From Octopus sinensis (lineage: Eukaryota), in contig NC_043002.1 of assembly GCF_006345805.1 (NCBI RefSeq), positions 114,328,001-114,392,000 of the forward strand: a stretch of 64,000 nt of DNA, given 5' to 3'. Both the position numbers and the translations under genes were made by a program. Below, in pieces: positions 13,939 to 27,909 of this stretch. Within the stretch, counting starts at the first letter, position 1. Every line of letters starts with the position of its first letter. The notes below the pieces were generated by a model that saw only the letters and a list, made by a program, of their open reading frames with translations, searched no databases and was not told the origin of the DNA.

Positions 13939-15493
13939 CAGTGGCGGCCAAAATGTTCAGAATGGCATTGTTTTCGTCAGAAAAGTAGATATAATTTGTT
14001 TTATCAAAGTTGTTTTATATTCTATAATTTTCACAGACAATAAATACAAAAGTTATGGATGATTTAGTGATTTACTCCAAAACCCATGGCGGCCAAAAAG
14101 ATCAGAACGGTTGCTTTTACTCCGTGTTTTAGTATATTTAACCGGCGAACTCTAATGTTTTGAATTTGTTTACGTGACGGTTCGTTTACTAAACATTAGT
14201 AAGAATATTTGCAGTGTACTTTGTTAATATAATGCCACTTACTCCGTTACCAATTCGTCAGCAGATTATTAAGCTTCGAAGGAAGGATAATTTAAGTATT
14301 GGGTCTATTGCAAAGATTGTTAACAAGTCAAAAAGTGTTGTACACGGTATTCTTAAGGTCTACGATGATTGTGGTTCGTGTGAAGCAAGAAAGTTTACAG
14401 GTAGGCCAAGAAAAACGACCAAGAGAGAAGATCGTGCTATGGTTTAAAAGGACAGATTTAAAACTGCTGCTGCTGTTTCTCGGAAAATGAGCATTGTATT
14501 GAAGAAAACTTTATCTCGAAAAACTGTGTCTCGTCGTTTAGTTGAACATGACCTACAAGCAAGAGCACCTGCAGTGAAGCCACTGATCAGTTCCAAGAAT
14601 AAAAAGTGTCGTCTTACCTTTGCAACCGAACATGTGTTGAGGTCTCAAGAAAAATGGCAAACGGTGGGTTTCAGTGATGAATCTAAGTTTATGTTATTTG
14701 GCTCAGATGGGAAAAGGTACGTTCGTAGAAAAGTAGGTGAAAAATTGTCGCCTAAATGCCTTAAGACTAGTGTTAAATTCGGTTTGGGGGATGATATTTG
14801 GAGATGGTGTGGGCCCTTTGGTGCGATTACATGGAAAGGTAAATGCAGGAGTTTATAAACAACTTGTAAAAGATCATGTCTTGCCTGTGCTGAGAAATTC
14901 AACTAAGTGACCACCCATATTCATGCAGGACAATGCCCCATGTCACAAGGCTAAGGTGGTCATGAACTTCCTCAAGGCTGAAAAGGTTATTGTTATGGAT
15001 TGGCCTGCTCAAAGCCCAGATCTCAATCCTATTGAAAATGTATGGAATATTCTAGGAGAACGTTCGAAAGCCAGAAATCCTAAAACAACTGAGCAATTAT
15101 GGAATGCCGTTCAGGAAGAATGGAATAAGATCACCCAGCAAGAAATTGAAAATTTAATTTCCTCATGCAGTCGAAGATGTCAGAGTGTGATTGAAGCTAA
15201 AGGGCTTCACACTAAATATTAAATAATTCCAGTATTCTCTGTCATTTTTGGTTAATTTGTTATTTTTTTCAACCGTTCTGATCATTTTGGCCGCGATGGG
15301 TTTTGGAGTAAATCACTAAATCATCAATAACTTTTGTATTATCCTCTCAAATTACGCCAAAATCTCAGACAATAACAATTAATATTGTATTTATTGTCTG
15401 TGAAAATTATAGAATATAAAACTACTTTGCTAAAAACTTATACTCACATTTCTGACGAAAACAATGCTGTTCTGAACATTTTGGCCGCAACTG
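13939..15493 (+). mobile_element. Full-length Tc1-family DNA transposon (IR/DR-type TIRs, TA TSD)
   Basis: TA|CAGTGGCGGCCAAAATG ... CATTTTGGCCGCAACTG|TA; TIRs 13939-14113 and 15270-15493, each with outer and inner direct repeats; internal transposase. Confidence 0.96.
14232..15222 (+). pseudogene. Tc1 DD34E transposase, inactivated (stops at ~14445 and ~14907, frameshift near 14780)
   Basis: HTH region, GRPRK, FSDES, QDNAPCH, WPAQSPDLNPIEN; 34 residues between D and E. Confidence 0.95.
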
Positions 15494-16254
15494 TATATAT
15501 AAAATATGATTTTAAAAAGAGTCACCAAGGGTGCATAAAAATGTGAGACCAAAATAATAGAAGAAAAACATTTTGTGTTCGTCAAAAGTGTTTACTGCGA
15601 ATGCACTTAATTCGTTTGCTATTTCACTTAATCATAAAGACAAAAATCTTTGTGATTAGTTATCACGCTTTATGAAAATAGCACAATCTAATACTATATA
15701 ATTGAGTTGCTACTGTATTGTGCCAGTTGCTACAAACTCATCCACCATGACTTACATGTTGCCGATTATAGAGCAGTGATATTCAATCTTTTTTTATTTC
15801 GTGGAGCACAGGAGATAAAACAATTACAAAGTTAATTACCGGCAAGCTGGAGATTACAACATTACTGGCGCACTTCGCATTGAAAGTTAAACAGTTTAAA
15901 TTGAAATATTAGAGGAACATACAGAAAACTACTGCTTGCTTTGTTTTAATAATTATACCTATGAATAACATACTTTTCAAGATGCGTAAGCATTAATATA
16001 GATTTTCATTAGCTTTAAATTACATCTTTGAAAATCCATAGCACACCGTTTTTGAAGCACAGTTATAGCGTCAGATATTTCTAATGAGTTGTCACTTGAA
16101 GATTATAGAGCTGCAGATTTTACGTTCTACCCGCTGTGAATGATAAATTATCTAGTGATGATAGGTCAGTCATGATAATATAGGCATAGGATCATAGTAC
16201 ATTCCAGATATCATTGTCCTGTTTTTCATTCCGTTAGTATGGTCTACTACTAAC

Positions 16255-16257
16255 TTC

Positions 16258-16288
<31 letters not shown>

Positions 16289-16294
16289 CGTTGT

Positions 16295-16346
<52 letters not shown>

Positions 16347-16392
16347 CTTCTTCTTCTTCTTCTTCTTCTTCTTCTTCTTCTTCTTCTTCTTT
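16255..16392. repeat. (GTT)n-(CTT)n compound microsatellite
   Basis: Direct reading. Confidence 0.95.
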
Positions 16393-16449
16393 CTTATTTC
16401 TTCTTCCAATCAAGACTCACGCCATTAGCCTCAAAGAATAATCTCTAAT

Positions 16450-16886
16450 TCGAGCCTACTCTAAGCTACTAAGAATGCGTGTGGCAACTTGAAGATCTAC
16501 CCACCACATGCGATAGACTGGCGGTTGTATGGGCGTGAAAGCTACGTTCTTATCCTCATTCTGTAAACGGTGGCTTTTAACGGGTGGAGAGCTGAACCAT
16601 TCTGGGGTACAGAGGATTCGCAATATAGACTAGGAGCTGAAAGTTTTACCACACCATAGTGGGTTACATCATGGTTCCTCTGCTCTGCGGCTGAAGTAGG
16701 AAGAAAGAGTGAGAGAAAGTTGTGGTGAAAGAGTACAGTGGGTATCATCCCCTCCACCGCCGGAGTCTCGTGGAGCTTAGGTGTTTTTTGCCCAATAAAC
16801 ACTCACAATGCCCGGTCTGGGAATCGAAACCGCGTTCTTACGACCGCGATTCCGCTGCCCAAACCACTGGGCCATTGCGCCTCCAC
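16450..16886 (-). mobile_element. SINE family B head (16690-16886) with an alternative 3' tail; left boundary uncertain
   Basis: Reverse complement of the family B head/body; diverges from 6511-type copies after the CTCTCACTCT block. Confidence 0.75.
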
Positions 16887-17259
16887 TGATGCTGCTATTA
16901 TTGATGCTGGTCATTGACACATATGTGGCACAATAAAGTGGGAGGTTGTGTCTATGAGCAACAGTTTCACTTTGAAAAATCACCTCCCACCTTCCTGTCT
17001 CACTGGTTGCCCGTGGAAAAGACGAAAGCGTGGAAACTATCATAGTAATTTTTGTTTTGAATGAAAAAAAAATTCTTTCTCAAACCTTTCCCTTGTCGGG
17101 GTGAATACCTATCAAAACGAAAGCGACCAACCCTTTACAGTCCCCGGTCGGTTCAACAACAAAACAATAAAATTTACGAAATACAATCCTACGATCCTTT
17201 GGAAAGGAAAACAAAACACAACCTTACGGAGCTCCTCCTACATCACGTTCAGCTATGGC

Positions 17260-17366
<107 letters not shown>

Positions 17367-17843
17367 GTAACAATAACAGCTGAGTTGATTGTTGATAAAT
17401 AAAGTGAATACGAATGTGTTATAGGTATTTAGTGTTATATAATTATAGCAAACTGCAGCGAGACAGTCTTAATGGCATATAACAGCGACCAGTAAGCGAA
17501 AGGTTCTGTTTTACATTTCACATTTTCTCACTGATGTCGGCCATTTTGGCTGACTTCCATCTTCACTTTTCAAAGCAACCATTTGTTTTAATATTTGTGT
17601 TTCTGTATATAAAACATGCTATATAGTGTTATAAAACATTCTATATGCGTTTTTCATGTGGGTATTTTGTGGCTGTGTGTGTGCATGTGATTATGTTTAT
17701 GATCATGTATATGTTTATATTTACGCATATGTTTATATATTACTTGTGGATGGATTTATGCATACAGACACATGTACCACCTGTATACACGTCGACGAGT
17801 ATATATTTCTTTTGTGTATTTATGTGCATGTATCTTTTACGAT

Positions 17844-18178
17844 GAAGGCGCATGGCTCAGTGGTTAGAGCGTCGAGCTTACGATCGTGAGGTTGTGAGTT
17901 CGAAACCCGGACCGGGCTGCGTGTTGTGTTCTTGAGCAAGACACTTTATTTCAGGTTGCTCCAGTTAATTCAGCTGTAGAAATGAATTGCAGCGTCACAG
18001 GTACCAAGCTGTATCGACCCCTTTGCCTTTCCCTTGGATAACATCGGTGGCGTGGAGAGGGGAGGCCGGTATGCATGGGCGACTGCTGGTCTTCCATAAA
18101 CAACCTTGCCCGGACTTGTGCCTGGGAGGGTAACTTTCTAGGTGCAATCCCATGGTCAGTCATGACAGAAGGGGGTCT
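17844..18178 (+). mobile_element. tRNA(Arg-like)-derived SINE, family D
   Basis: TGGCTCAGTGG A box, TTACGAT loop, GAGTTCGAAACC B box, GTTGTGTTCTTGAGCAAGACACTT core. Confidence 0.85.
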
Positions 18179-18350
18179 GAGCAGTATGGTCTAGGACTAT
18201 GCTTTCTGATATCTACTTTTTTAAACAGCCAAATAAGTAATATAATAGAATGGGAACAAACGCACCCAACTTTTAGTAGCAACACCAAATAATGCTTTTG
18301 GAACAATAGGTTTTAATTGTACAGGTAAGATGAGCGGCCTATAAGAAATA

Positions 18351-18654
18351 AGGCGGAGCCTCCGTTTGCGAACACTTCTAATCACGAACAAATCGGTTTA
18401 CGAACAATTTTTTGAACATAAAGTGTCTCGAGTAACAAACGCGTAAGCAGCAACAACGGCTGGCGGTGAGCTGGAGTATCAGCGGCGGGAGAGTGTCAGT
18501 TGCTGTCTAGATTTCGCTCAGTGCACATCCATGCCCGAATTCGTTGTGCCTGCTCTTGAATTGTCAATGGGAAAAAATAGTTCCTATTTACGAACACTTT
18601 GCATGATGAACGACTTTCAGGAACGAATTAAATTCGTAAACCGAGGTTCCACTG
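18351..18654. mobile_element. Tigger/pogo-like MITE
   Basis: Right TIR TTCGTAAACCGAGGTTCCACTG; degenerate left TIR GGCGGAGCCTCCGTTTGCGAA after TA. Confidence 0.6.
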
Positions 18655-19786
18655 CAGTATCATAATTTGTGAAAACCTCTAATCATTGTATTGTGCTTTA
18701 TATGTAATAGTTGGAATTGCACGGATTATGAGAATTGAGTATTTATGGCAAACACTATAAAGCGTTGGGCAATTTCATGTTGTTGTATCAATGTTTCTAA
18801 AAGATTGTGTTCAAAATATGCAGGCAAGAATTTTGCTTCTGTAATCAAGGATGCTTGAGTTTGTTTGTTAAGTAAGAAACAAAGACTTCCTTTGATTAAG
18901 TTTAATCCTACACCCAGATTCAAATAGTCTACATAACTACAGCCGGTAAGAAGTAGTCAGTACAGTCGCAGTTCTCGTTTTATTCAACGTGTTAATATGA
19001 ACTTATAACTAGGCAGAATAGGAATGATACTATCATAGTAATTCAGATTTAAGCAAAGCGGTGAGTATGATATCATGTTGAGGAGTTGATTTAGTTTGTT
19101 GTAAGATCGTATCACGATGTTAATATTTCTGACTTTAGGTCTTAAAGTCAACATCGGATGTTCCTTTCACTCCTTGGCGTATTAGTTTCATGCATATAGA
19201 CATACAATGCAGGAAAATAATTAGTGTTGCCTTATTGTAAGCTGATATAAGCAGAGGTAAAAATAATGAAAGATCTGTGTAATATTGCAAACTGTAAATG
19301 TTCAACGAAACATAGTAAGCTCAGCAGGGAAACAAATAATTGCTTTATATATTTGTACCTATATGCCTTTTGTATTCTATATGTGATTATGAATTATAAT
19401 ACGCTTCTCTACTTCTAGCGTGATTACTATGACTTGATTATGGAAGTCTTGTCTGTGGTTGCTGTGCAAGCCCGATAACTGTAATACTTCATCTGCGATA
19501 TGCAGCTGTCACTAGAAATATAATTGTAAAATAAAGCAGCAGAAAAAAAAAATCCAAGTCTGATGCTTTTTCTCATACATTTCTTTAGAAATAATCAACT
19601 ACCATATTGCCAAAGGCGACAGGCAAACTGGAAGTTCTCTAAAGTCAGAATAGTGGAAGATGTTCATATAATAATTGGCTACGGATCACTAAATCTCAAT
19701 CATATAAATATAAAACTGAGAAAGGAGACAAAAAAAAAGAAACAAATAAAAATTAAACTACATAGGCTTTTCTAATCTCAAATAAG

Positions 19787-19828
<42 letters not shown>

Positions 19829-19974
19829 CACACACACATTTATTCATCTACATGTTGTATGCTTGTGTGCGTGTGTGTTTGTGTGTGTGCGTATTTGTGT
19901 GTGGTGTGTATGCGGGTACATGTTTACAGGTAGTTGTAGTGGAATATTCAGATTAATGATTATGATGATGATGA

Positions 19975-20175
19975 TGTATAGGACTCAGGTCAGCCCCGAT
20001 CGAGCATATTTATGATCAGAGACATTCCAACTATAACTATTCCATCTTTTTGTTTTCCAAATATCGTGCGTCTAGGACTACCCTAACTATAGTGGCTTCC
20101 TTTGTGTAGAACGATGGAATGTGGTCCCAGAGATATCTGGCTAACATTTTAACAGGTCGGGTGACCATGTAAAGG
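19975..20175 (-). mobile_element. Old interspersed repeat (family E); related fragments near 6470, 21085, 42880, 53860
   Basis: Shared GGTCAGCCC-GATCGAGCA-TATGATCA / GAAATAGCAGCCAAAT-type blocks; (GAT)n tail. Confidence 0.55.
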
Positions 20176-20221
20176 CTAACTGTTGCTATATTTCTATTGA
20201 TAGGCCGACACACAATCTACT

Positions 20222-20455
20222 CAGCTTGTAGTAGTTAGGATGTTGAACTCATGGTCGTAAGATTGTGATTTCAATTCCAGGAACGAGTGATGTGTTGTGT
20301 TCTTGAACAAAACACTTCATTTCACGTTGTCCCAATATACTCAGTCGGTAAAAATGAGTAATCCTGCGACAGACCGGCGTCCCGTCCAGTAATGAACATA
20401 TCCGCCATGAAATCGGGAAACTGGCCCTTTTGAGTCGGTACGATTCGAGTAGGTA
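20222..20455 (+). mobile_element. SINE family D with V-domain-like tail, degraded
   Basis: Colinear with 28003-28255. Confidence 0.7.
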
Positions 20456-21859
20456 ACTTTATCTCTTTTTAAAAAAATTCCCTCAATAATTGTTTGCTAT
20501 ATAGATGTTATATTTAAGTTTTGACTGAAAAGCTAAAACAAATTGTTGATTAAATGAAATGGTCAGAAAAATTCATCAGCATTAATGATAATTATTATAA
20601 AAACAAGGGAGATAACTTCGAAATTTAAATTTATTAAAAATCACGACTAATTGATTTGCTAAATAAACAAGACCAAACAATTTATGATTACGAAGGAAAA
20701 ACATATTCTGAAGTAAATAATTTCTTTGAAAATCAAAATTTACGACACAATTGTAGGCATAGTGAAATACAGCCCTTGGCATAATGAGAGAAGCAGTAAA
20801 TGTAGGAGATAACACTATCGTTTCTCCAAACACCTTCTTTATTCCTATCTTGATATGAAATTTATCAGATAGAATAGCATATACTGTTTCTGTTTATTAT
20901 ATTTATTGCTTGCTTTATCATAAACATTAAATAATAATGGTTAAGACAAACGTGAGTATAAGCTAAGCTATACGTATGTATGCAAGACAGTATATGTTTG
21001 TATATGTGTGTTTGTATGTATGAAAGTCAAATTAAATACACGCATGAATCTATGAAAGGGCTTTATGGACTCCCTTAATATGCTGGAAACAGTAGCTAAA
21101 TCTGTCGCAGAACACATTGTATAGTGTAAATTTAGATACACTAGCGTCGTGACTGGAATGCCGTATATTATAGGACTGTTTAGTCAGTGATATCATATAA
21201 TATTCATAATCGACAACAACAACAACAACAACAACACTATATATATATATATATTGTTATATTGTTATATTGGGGATGGTCATATTTTGGCCACTTAACC
21301 ATACACACTATATACTTGTTCTTCACTTCAGCTTTGTTATTATTATTCTTATTTTAGTATCTTTTGTCTGAAATCTTTCCTCACACATCCTGTGACCTCT
21401 TCAGCGACTCTCTATCCAATGTGCTTCCGCTAATTCTGTTTAGTCCACTTGCTGAGGTGAAGAACAAGTATATAGCGCGTGAGGTTAATTGACAAAAATA
21501 TAACCATTCCCAAGTATATGTTTTAACGTACTATTTCACATTCTTGCAAAATACTAGCTTCAAATTCTGGGTCACACTGTATTGAGAATCTCTCCTGGTT
21601 AAACACACTCTTAATATAGCTAGGGGCGCATCTCAAAGACAGGCCCGTCTCTTCAGAGTCAGAAAATATTTCAGCATCAAAAGCTGCTGACTTTCTATAG
21701 GGCTCAATTGAGGTCCGCTGTTGAGTACTGCATTCACATCTAGAGCAGCGTTGCCGCCATGAACTCGGACATCTTGGCCTCTATTCCACAATGGCCTCTG
21801 TTCCACGAAGTTGGTTGGCCTCGTACCTCAGGAATCCTCAAGCCACTTGTCTTTCCACA

Positions 21860-22219
21860 TTGACACTAATATAGATACATACAGACATGCATACAGATAC
21901 ATACATACATCCATACATATATACATGAATACATACATGCATACATGTATACATACATACATGCATAATACATACATGTATGCATGCATACATGCATACA
22001 TACATACATACATACATACATACATACATACATACATACATGCATGCATGCATGCATGCATACATACATACATACATACATACATACATGCATGCATACA
22101 TACATACATACATGCATGCATGCATACATACATACATACATACATGCATGCATGCATACATACATGCATACATACATACATACATACATACATACATACA
22201 TTCATACATACATACATAA
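21860..22219. repeat. (CATA)n/(CATG)n tract
   Basis: Direct reading. Confidence 0.95.
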
Positions 22220-22713
22220 ATTAGTCCTCTGTAACTTAATGTAATACAGTGTTCTCTGATGATCCGTTCTGGTTAAAAATCCTAATGCACTTGGAACATT
22301 AGGTAGAGGGTTTCAAGCAAGCTGAATGGTGAAACGTACGTAGGAACTAAAATTATAGACTAATGTTTAACAAAGTTTTTCACACGCACACATGTTCTTT
22401 ATATATATATATATATACATATATATATGATCTTTAACTTTTCGTTATAATGATACTCATGTTTCCTGTTGTGTTTATTTTATAAGATTTAAGCGTAAAT
22501 TATTCTCTATTTAATTTAGCTTATAAGTTAATTTCAGTAATCTCCGTTGGATGATAGTGATGAATAAAAGACAAGTCTACAATTAACCACCAGCCTACTA
22601 CAGATTTTACTCTGTTACACACACACGATCTCCACCCAACAATTAGGCTTTTAACTCATTATCTTAATACATACACTCTTGCACGCTCATACGCACGCGC
22701 GCGCACGCACACA

Positions 22714-22759
<46 letters not shown>

Positions 22760-22774
22760 CACACATGCACGGAT

Positions 22775-24290
22775 TCTCTCTTGACAGCACAATTCTGAAA
22801 GCTGAACAGTCTGGATAATATTAGAAACGATTTTATCTTTTCCTTGGTACATGATTCAGTATATCAAAAGAAACGTAATTATAGGATCCAACGGTTTCAC
22901 AAACCTATTCAAGACATCACTGGTTGATAATGCAGAAGAATGAAACATTACTAAGTTTATATTCAATTTCCAGTTCTTGAATAAAATCTCCGAAACGTCA
23001 GCGGGCTCTGCATTTAAACATATGAAGTTGACAGTTTCAAAGACAAATTGTATAACGGCTTCATAATGAAGTATCGGAATGCCTGGGGCTCCAGTTGAAT
23101 AATACAGTGAACGAGAGAAATTCAATTAATACTGCATTTTCTTTATTGTTATAGATGCTTCCTCTGTGGTAACTCTGACGCGTATATTCAGCGGAACATT
23201 AGCATATGTCAACAGTATTTTTAATGTTAGCTCCATGAATTATTTATTTTAATGTTACGAAGTCCAACATATTTCCTCTCCACATTATATCAGAGAAAAC
23301 ATATGAAACACAAAGAAAAAAAACTGCCAGTTTTGGGTTGTCTTGTATCTCTGTAGACTCGTCAACTTCTTAGCTGAATGCAAGAGACTTCGTTTAATTA
23401 TTTTGCATTTTATCTGTAACATCAAAACTCATCTGAGAAACACACTTTTCTATAATGTGGTGTGAAACTGTTCTTTCTGCGATGCGTTTTGTGTCTTGGA
23501 TATCGAACACTAAAAGATTTAGCTTAGAAGACTCGTCATTAGAGTTTGGTACGAGCAATATTCCATTACATAACGAAACCGGTTTCAGTCGTTTATCGGT
23601 CTCCTTTCTGAAGTTTATCAGCAGTGACTTAAGATTTTTATGATTCTCTCTTTTACTCTTTTACTTGTTTCAGTCATTTGACTGCGGCCATGCTGGAACA
23701 CCGCCTTTAGTCGAGCAAATCGACCCCGGGACTTATTCTTTTTTGTAAGCCCAGTACTTATTCTATCGGTCTCTTTTTGCCGAACCGCTAAGTAACGGGG
23801 ACATAAACACACCAGCCTCGGTTGTCAAGCAATGCTAGGGGGACAAACACAGACACACAAACACACACACACGCATATATATACATACATATATACGACG
23901 GGCTTCTTTCAGTTTCCGTCTACCAAATCCACTCACAAGGCTTTGGTCGGCCCGAGGCAATAGTAGAAGACACTTGCCCAAGGTGCCACGCAGTGGGACT
24001 GAACCCGGAACCATGTGGTTGGTAAGCAAGCTACTTACCACACAGCCACTCGTGATGATTTTAACAGTTTTCTTTAATTTTTATTTGGATGGATTATCAT
24101 ACGAAGATTTTGTGATTTTCTTCAGAAGAACGTTTCAGGTTACTGTCTTCGTAACGAATGAGCTACAAATGAATAAAATACAAAGTTTTACCTTCTTTAG
24201 CGGTGAATGCAGAACTCCCTTCTTGTTAAAGCATAAAATTTACATTTTATGAAGTTTTCATCTTCATATTCTTAAAAGTTGACGATGCCA
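22775..24290 (-). mobile_element. Fossil hAT (Buster/Charlie-type) transposase, split by a SINE
   Basis: Minus-strand pieces in correct order: EDENFIKCKF / DSNLKRSSEENH (BED-like), QMSFDV...AFS*EVDESTEIQDNPKLAVF (cf. FALQLDESTD...QLLVF), ETVNFI...VLNRFVKPLDPIITFL, QGKDKIV. Confidence 0.75.
23646..24051 (-). mobile_element. SINE family A, young copy inserted in the hAT fossil
   Basis: Near-identical to 9347-9762. Confidence 0.92.
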
Positions 24291-25005
24291 TTTTCATTCT
24301 CACAAATTTCTAAAACACACATAAGCAGAAATTTTATCCAAAGTTCACCAAGTTCACCGCCACTAGGCTCATGTATAATTTACAACAAATTAAAGGGCCT
24401 TCGTAACTTACCGTATTTTCGGTCTTTTATAGTTATTTCATAGTTTATTTGTTTTCATGAAAACAATGACTATATTTACAACCATATCTGCGGGGGTCAT
24501 GTGAAGAATGAATACACACAGTCCTACTTTTTGATTATCCTTGTTTTGTGTGCTCATAATAATGTACTTGTCTACTAAGCAGGCCTTAATTCTATAAATA
24601 ATAAGGGTTATTCAGGTTTAGCTTCAGAGATCTGGGAAGTGTCTCTGACTGAGTATGCATCACTGATAAATCACTGAAACGTGCGTGTGCTGTCAGTCGA
24701 CATTGCCTGAAAGATGTCGTTCGAAAACGAAATCCACGAGCGAAAAGTATATTCACGGAAAGCATATATATAAACATACATGCACACACACACCCACACA
24801 AACACAAACACACACACGCGCACACGCACACACCCACACACCCACACAAACACACACACACACGCACACGCACACACACACCCACAAACCCCCCCACACA
24901 CACACACGCACACGCACACACACACACACCCACGCACGCATACATACACACACACACATAAATGTATATATGTTAATTCAATTTGGATACAAGCCTTGTA
25001 GCATG

Positions 25006-25110
25006 CTTTAGAGTACTCAATTACTGGTAACAACTTGTAACTTTAGGGTACTCAATTACTGGTATCAACTTGTAACTTTAGAGTACTCAATTACTGGTAT
25101 CGACTTGTAA
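25006..25110. repeat. 3 x 35-bp tandem repeat
   Basis: CTTTAGAGTACTCAATTACTGGTAACAACTTGTAA at 25006, with variants at 25041 and 25076. Confidence 0.95.
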
Positions 25111-25656
25111 ATTCTGTTAAACAGTGAAACGGATTATATCACTGAATATACGCCTGGAAATCCATGAATATCCGTAAAGTACGTACAAAAATATGAATAA
25201 GCGAAAATGGATTCAACAGCACAATTTTACAGCATAATACTACAATTGTTTCGTCGCCCAGATCATTGCTGAAACATTAGGATATAAATATAAACTAACA
25301 CATTGTGTCGCCATTATTATTCCAGGAATACTGGTTAGTTTGTATTCTTCAGGTCTAAATACACACCCGAACACACGCACACACACACACACACACATAC
25401 ACATACACACACACACATACAGACATATATACATAAACGCATATACGCAAAAGCATATACGATATATACACATTTATTAAACGAAAGAATAAAGAGAACC
25501 TAGGATATATAAAAAGTTGCTACGCAAGTTATTCATGTGTGTAATGTAAGATATTCACAGACGCGCACTAAATGTCTGTATGCTTATGAATGGCTATGTG
25601 TGTATGTATGTATGTATGCATGCATACATACATACATACATACATACATACATACA

Positions 25657-25689
<33 letters not shown>

Positions 25690-25983
25690 GTGTTCGTGGA
25701 TATGTGGGCGCAATTTTCTGTGTAAGCTTATATGGCTACGACTTTGTAGATTATGTTGGTTCAACAAATTTCCCTCCACAGAATGTGGCGGCCTTGACAG
25801 GCTAATTAAAAAAAGGGGATTTAGTTGTGAAATTTTACTTTCATTCCAGAATATTATATTAACTTCACTGGTGAAGTAATTTAGCTCCAGAAGTTGATTG
25901 AGCGGAAACAGTGAAGACATACCGACACCTAGACTAGCAGAGATCCACGCACACACACATACGTCGTACACATACACACGTCG

Positions 25984-26022
<39 letters not shown>

Positions 26023-26829
26023 GAGCATGAAGTCACATAAAAGCATATAAATACTTACAATCACATAATCCCTTATACCCCTAATAAAATTTGCAATAAT
26101 CTTGCTCCGCCTCCCAGTCAAAGTTTTCAAGAACATAAACAGACTTGGAATTGAACCTGTGTAAGAACAGCTTATACTCCTGTCCGTTCATCTCAATAAA
26201 ATTACTTTATATTTCAGCTTCAACATAATATTTTCTTTCCCCTCTCTGTAACGCTGGTCTCAAATGGTAATCTTATATGTCGTGTAGCATTGGCCACCAT
26301 CACCGTTAACAGATCTACAGAAAACTGATCCTCATCATAATTTAATAAAAGACCACCCGAAACGTAATCAAAATAGTTGTTTCCTCTACAATACTAACCT
26401 GTACTGTAAATGCTGATTTCCATCATTACTATTCTCCCCACCTTAATATTGAGTTTTCTAATCACCACGACCCCACTACTACGCAACTAGTCATGGATCT
26501 TATTCATACATTCATTATTATATCAATGTATGTGACATTTGACTGGTCTGTGATTATTTTAATATTAAAACATTGGAATGTTAGTTAACGACAAATATTG
26601 ACCAGAGTAAAATAAGTTAGTTCTGCGCACACACACACAAACACACACTTCCTAGTGAAAAATATTTGGGGCTCGCATATTGGTTAAGAATCAATTTAGA
26701 TGATCACTTGTAAATCTCTTGGATAGGGGCTCGATTCCACTGAGCAGCACCTTGAGCACGAAGCTTCTATTGTTGATCGGGTCGAGCAATGCTTTGTGAA
26801 TGAAATTCGGCTATAAACGAAGATACGTT

Positions 26830-26879
<50 letters not shown>

Positions 26880-26883
<4 letters not shown>

Positions 26884-27293
26884 CTCCAAACATGAACAAA
26901 GAGAAAACACAACAACGCAAGGACGTGGAACAAGTATAGTGTTATTGGACGCTCAGGAAAGGAAAGAAAGAAAGGAGGGTTTAATGTTTCGAGCAGAGCT
27001 CTTCGTCAGAAACATAGAAAAAGGAAAGGTCCAAGGAAGGGAAGACGGAGAAAGAAAATCGCCAACGATAGACACGCGGTCACATATTGAACTGACCGGA
27101 AGAGAATGGTTGAAGAAAAAGTTCTTTCAAAGACAAGAGAGTGGAAGAGAAGGAGGTATGTGTGTGTATGTGTGGGTATGTGCATGCGCGCTGGTCTGTG
27201 TGTGTGTATGTGTGTGATTGTAGCTGTTTATCTGTGTGTGGGTGGGCTTAATATCGTTTAAAGTCATAGGAAGATTTATAGTAGGAGTGGCTC

Positions 27294-27297
<4 letters not shown>
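26880..27297 (-). mobile_element. Penelope-like terminal (pLTR) fragment between (TA)n tracts
   Basis: Carries a hammerhead-like motif; a piece of it recurs inverted at ~29648-29692. Confidence 0.6.
26979..27013 (-). ncRNA. Minimal type-I hammerhead ribozyme motif (PLE-type, one stem III mutation)
   Basis: Minus strand GTTT-CTGACGA-A-GAGC-TCT-GCTC-GAAA-CA-TT-AAAC: stem I GTTT/AAAC, stem II GAGC/GCTC. Confidence 0.65.
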
Positions 27298-27383
<86 letters not shown>

Positions 27384-27410
27384 ATGTATATATGTATGTA
27401 TATATATATG

Positions 27411-27492
<82 letters not shown>
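27298..27492. repeat. (TA)n microsatellite
   Basis: Direct reading. Confidence 0.97.
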
Positions 27493-27495
<3 letters not shown>

Positions 27496-27873
27496 GAGGC
27501 GCAATGGCCCAGTGGTTAGGGCAGCGGACTCGCGGTCGTAGGATCGCGGTTTCGATTCCCAGACCGGGCGTTGTGAGTGTTTATTGAGCGAAAACACCTA
27601 AAGCTCCACGAGGCTCCGGCAGGGGATGGTGATGATCCCTGCTGTTCTTTCACCACAACTTTCTCTCACTCTTACTTCCTGTTTCTGTTGTACCTGTATT
27701 TCAAAGGGCCGGGCTTGTCACTCTCTGTGTCACGCTGAATATCCCCGAGAACTACGTTAAGGGTACACGTGTCTGTGGAGGGCTCAGCCACTTACACGTT
27801 AATTTCACGAGCAGGCTGTTCCGTTGATTCGGATCAACCGGAACCCTCGTCGTCGTAACGACGGAGTGCTTCC
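27493..27873 (+). mobile_element. SINE family B, full length
   Basis: Near-identical to 6511-6900. Confidence 0.93.
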
Positions 27874-27877
27874 CAAG

Positions 27878-27909
<32 letters not shown>

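Noticed and set aside
19589-19653. Candidate terminal exon (acceptor-like TTTCTTTAG, IINYHIAKGDRQTGSSLKSE*)
   Set aside because: No partner exons or recognisable homology.
21590-21850. GC-richer island, possible decayed transposase
   Set aside because: Motif fragments are out of order and all frames contain stops.
25006-25110. 35-bp repeats as a CRISPR array
   Set aside because: The units are contiguous with no spacers, there are no cas genes, and the context is eukaryotic.
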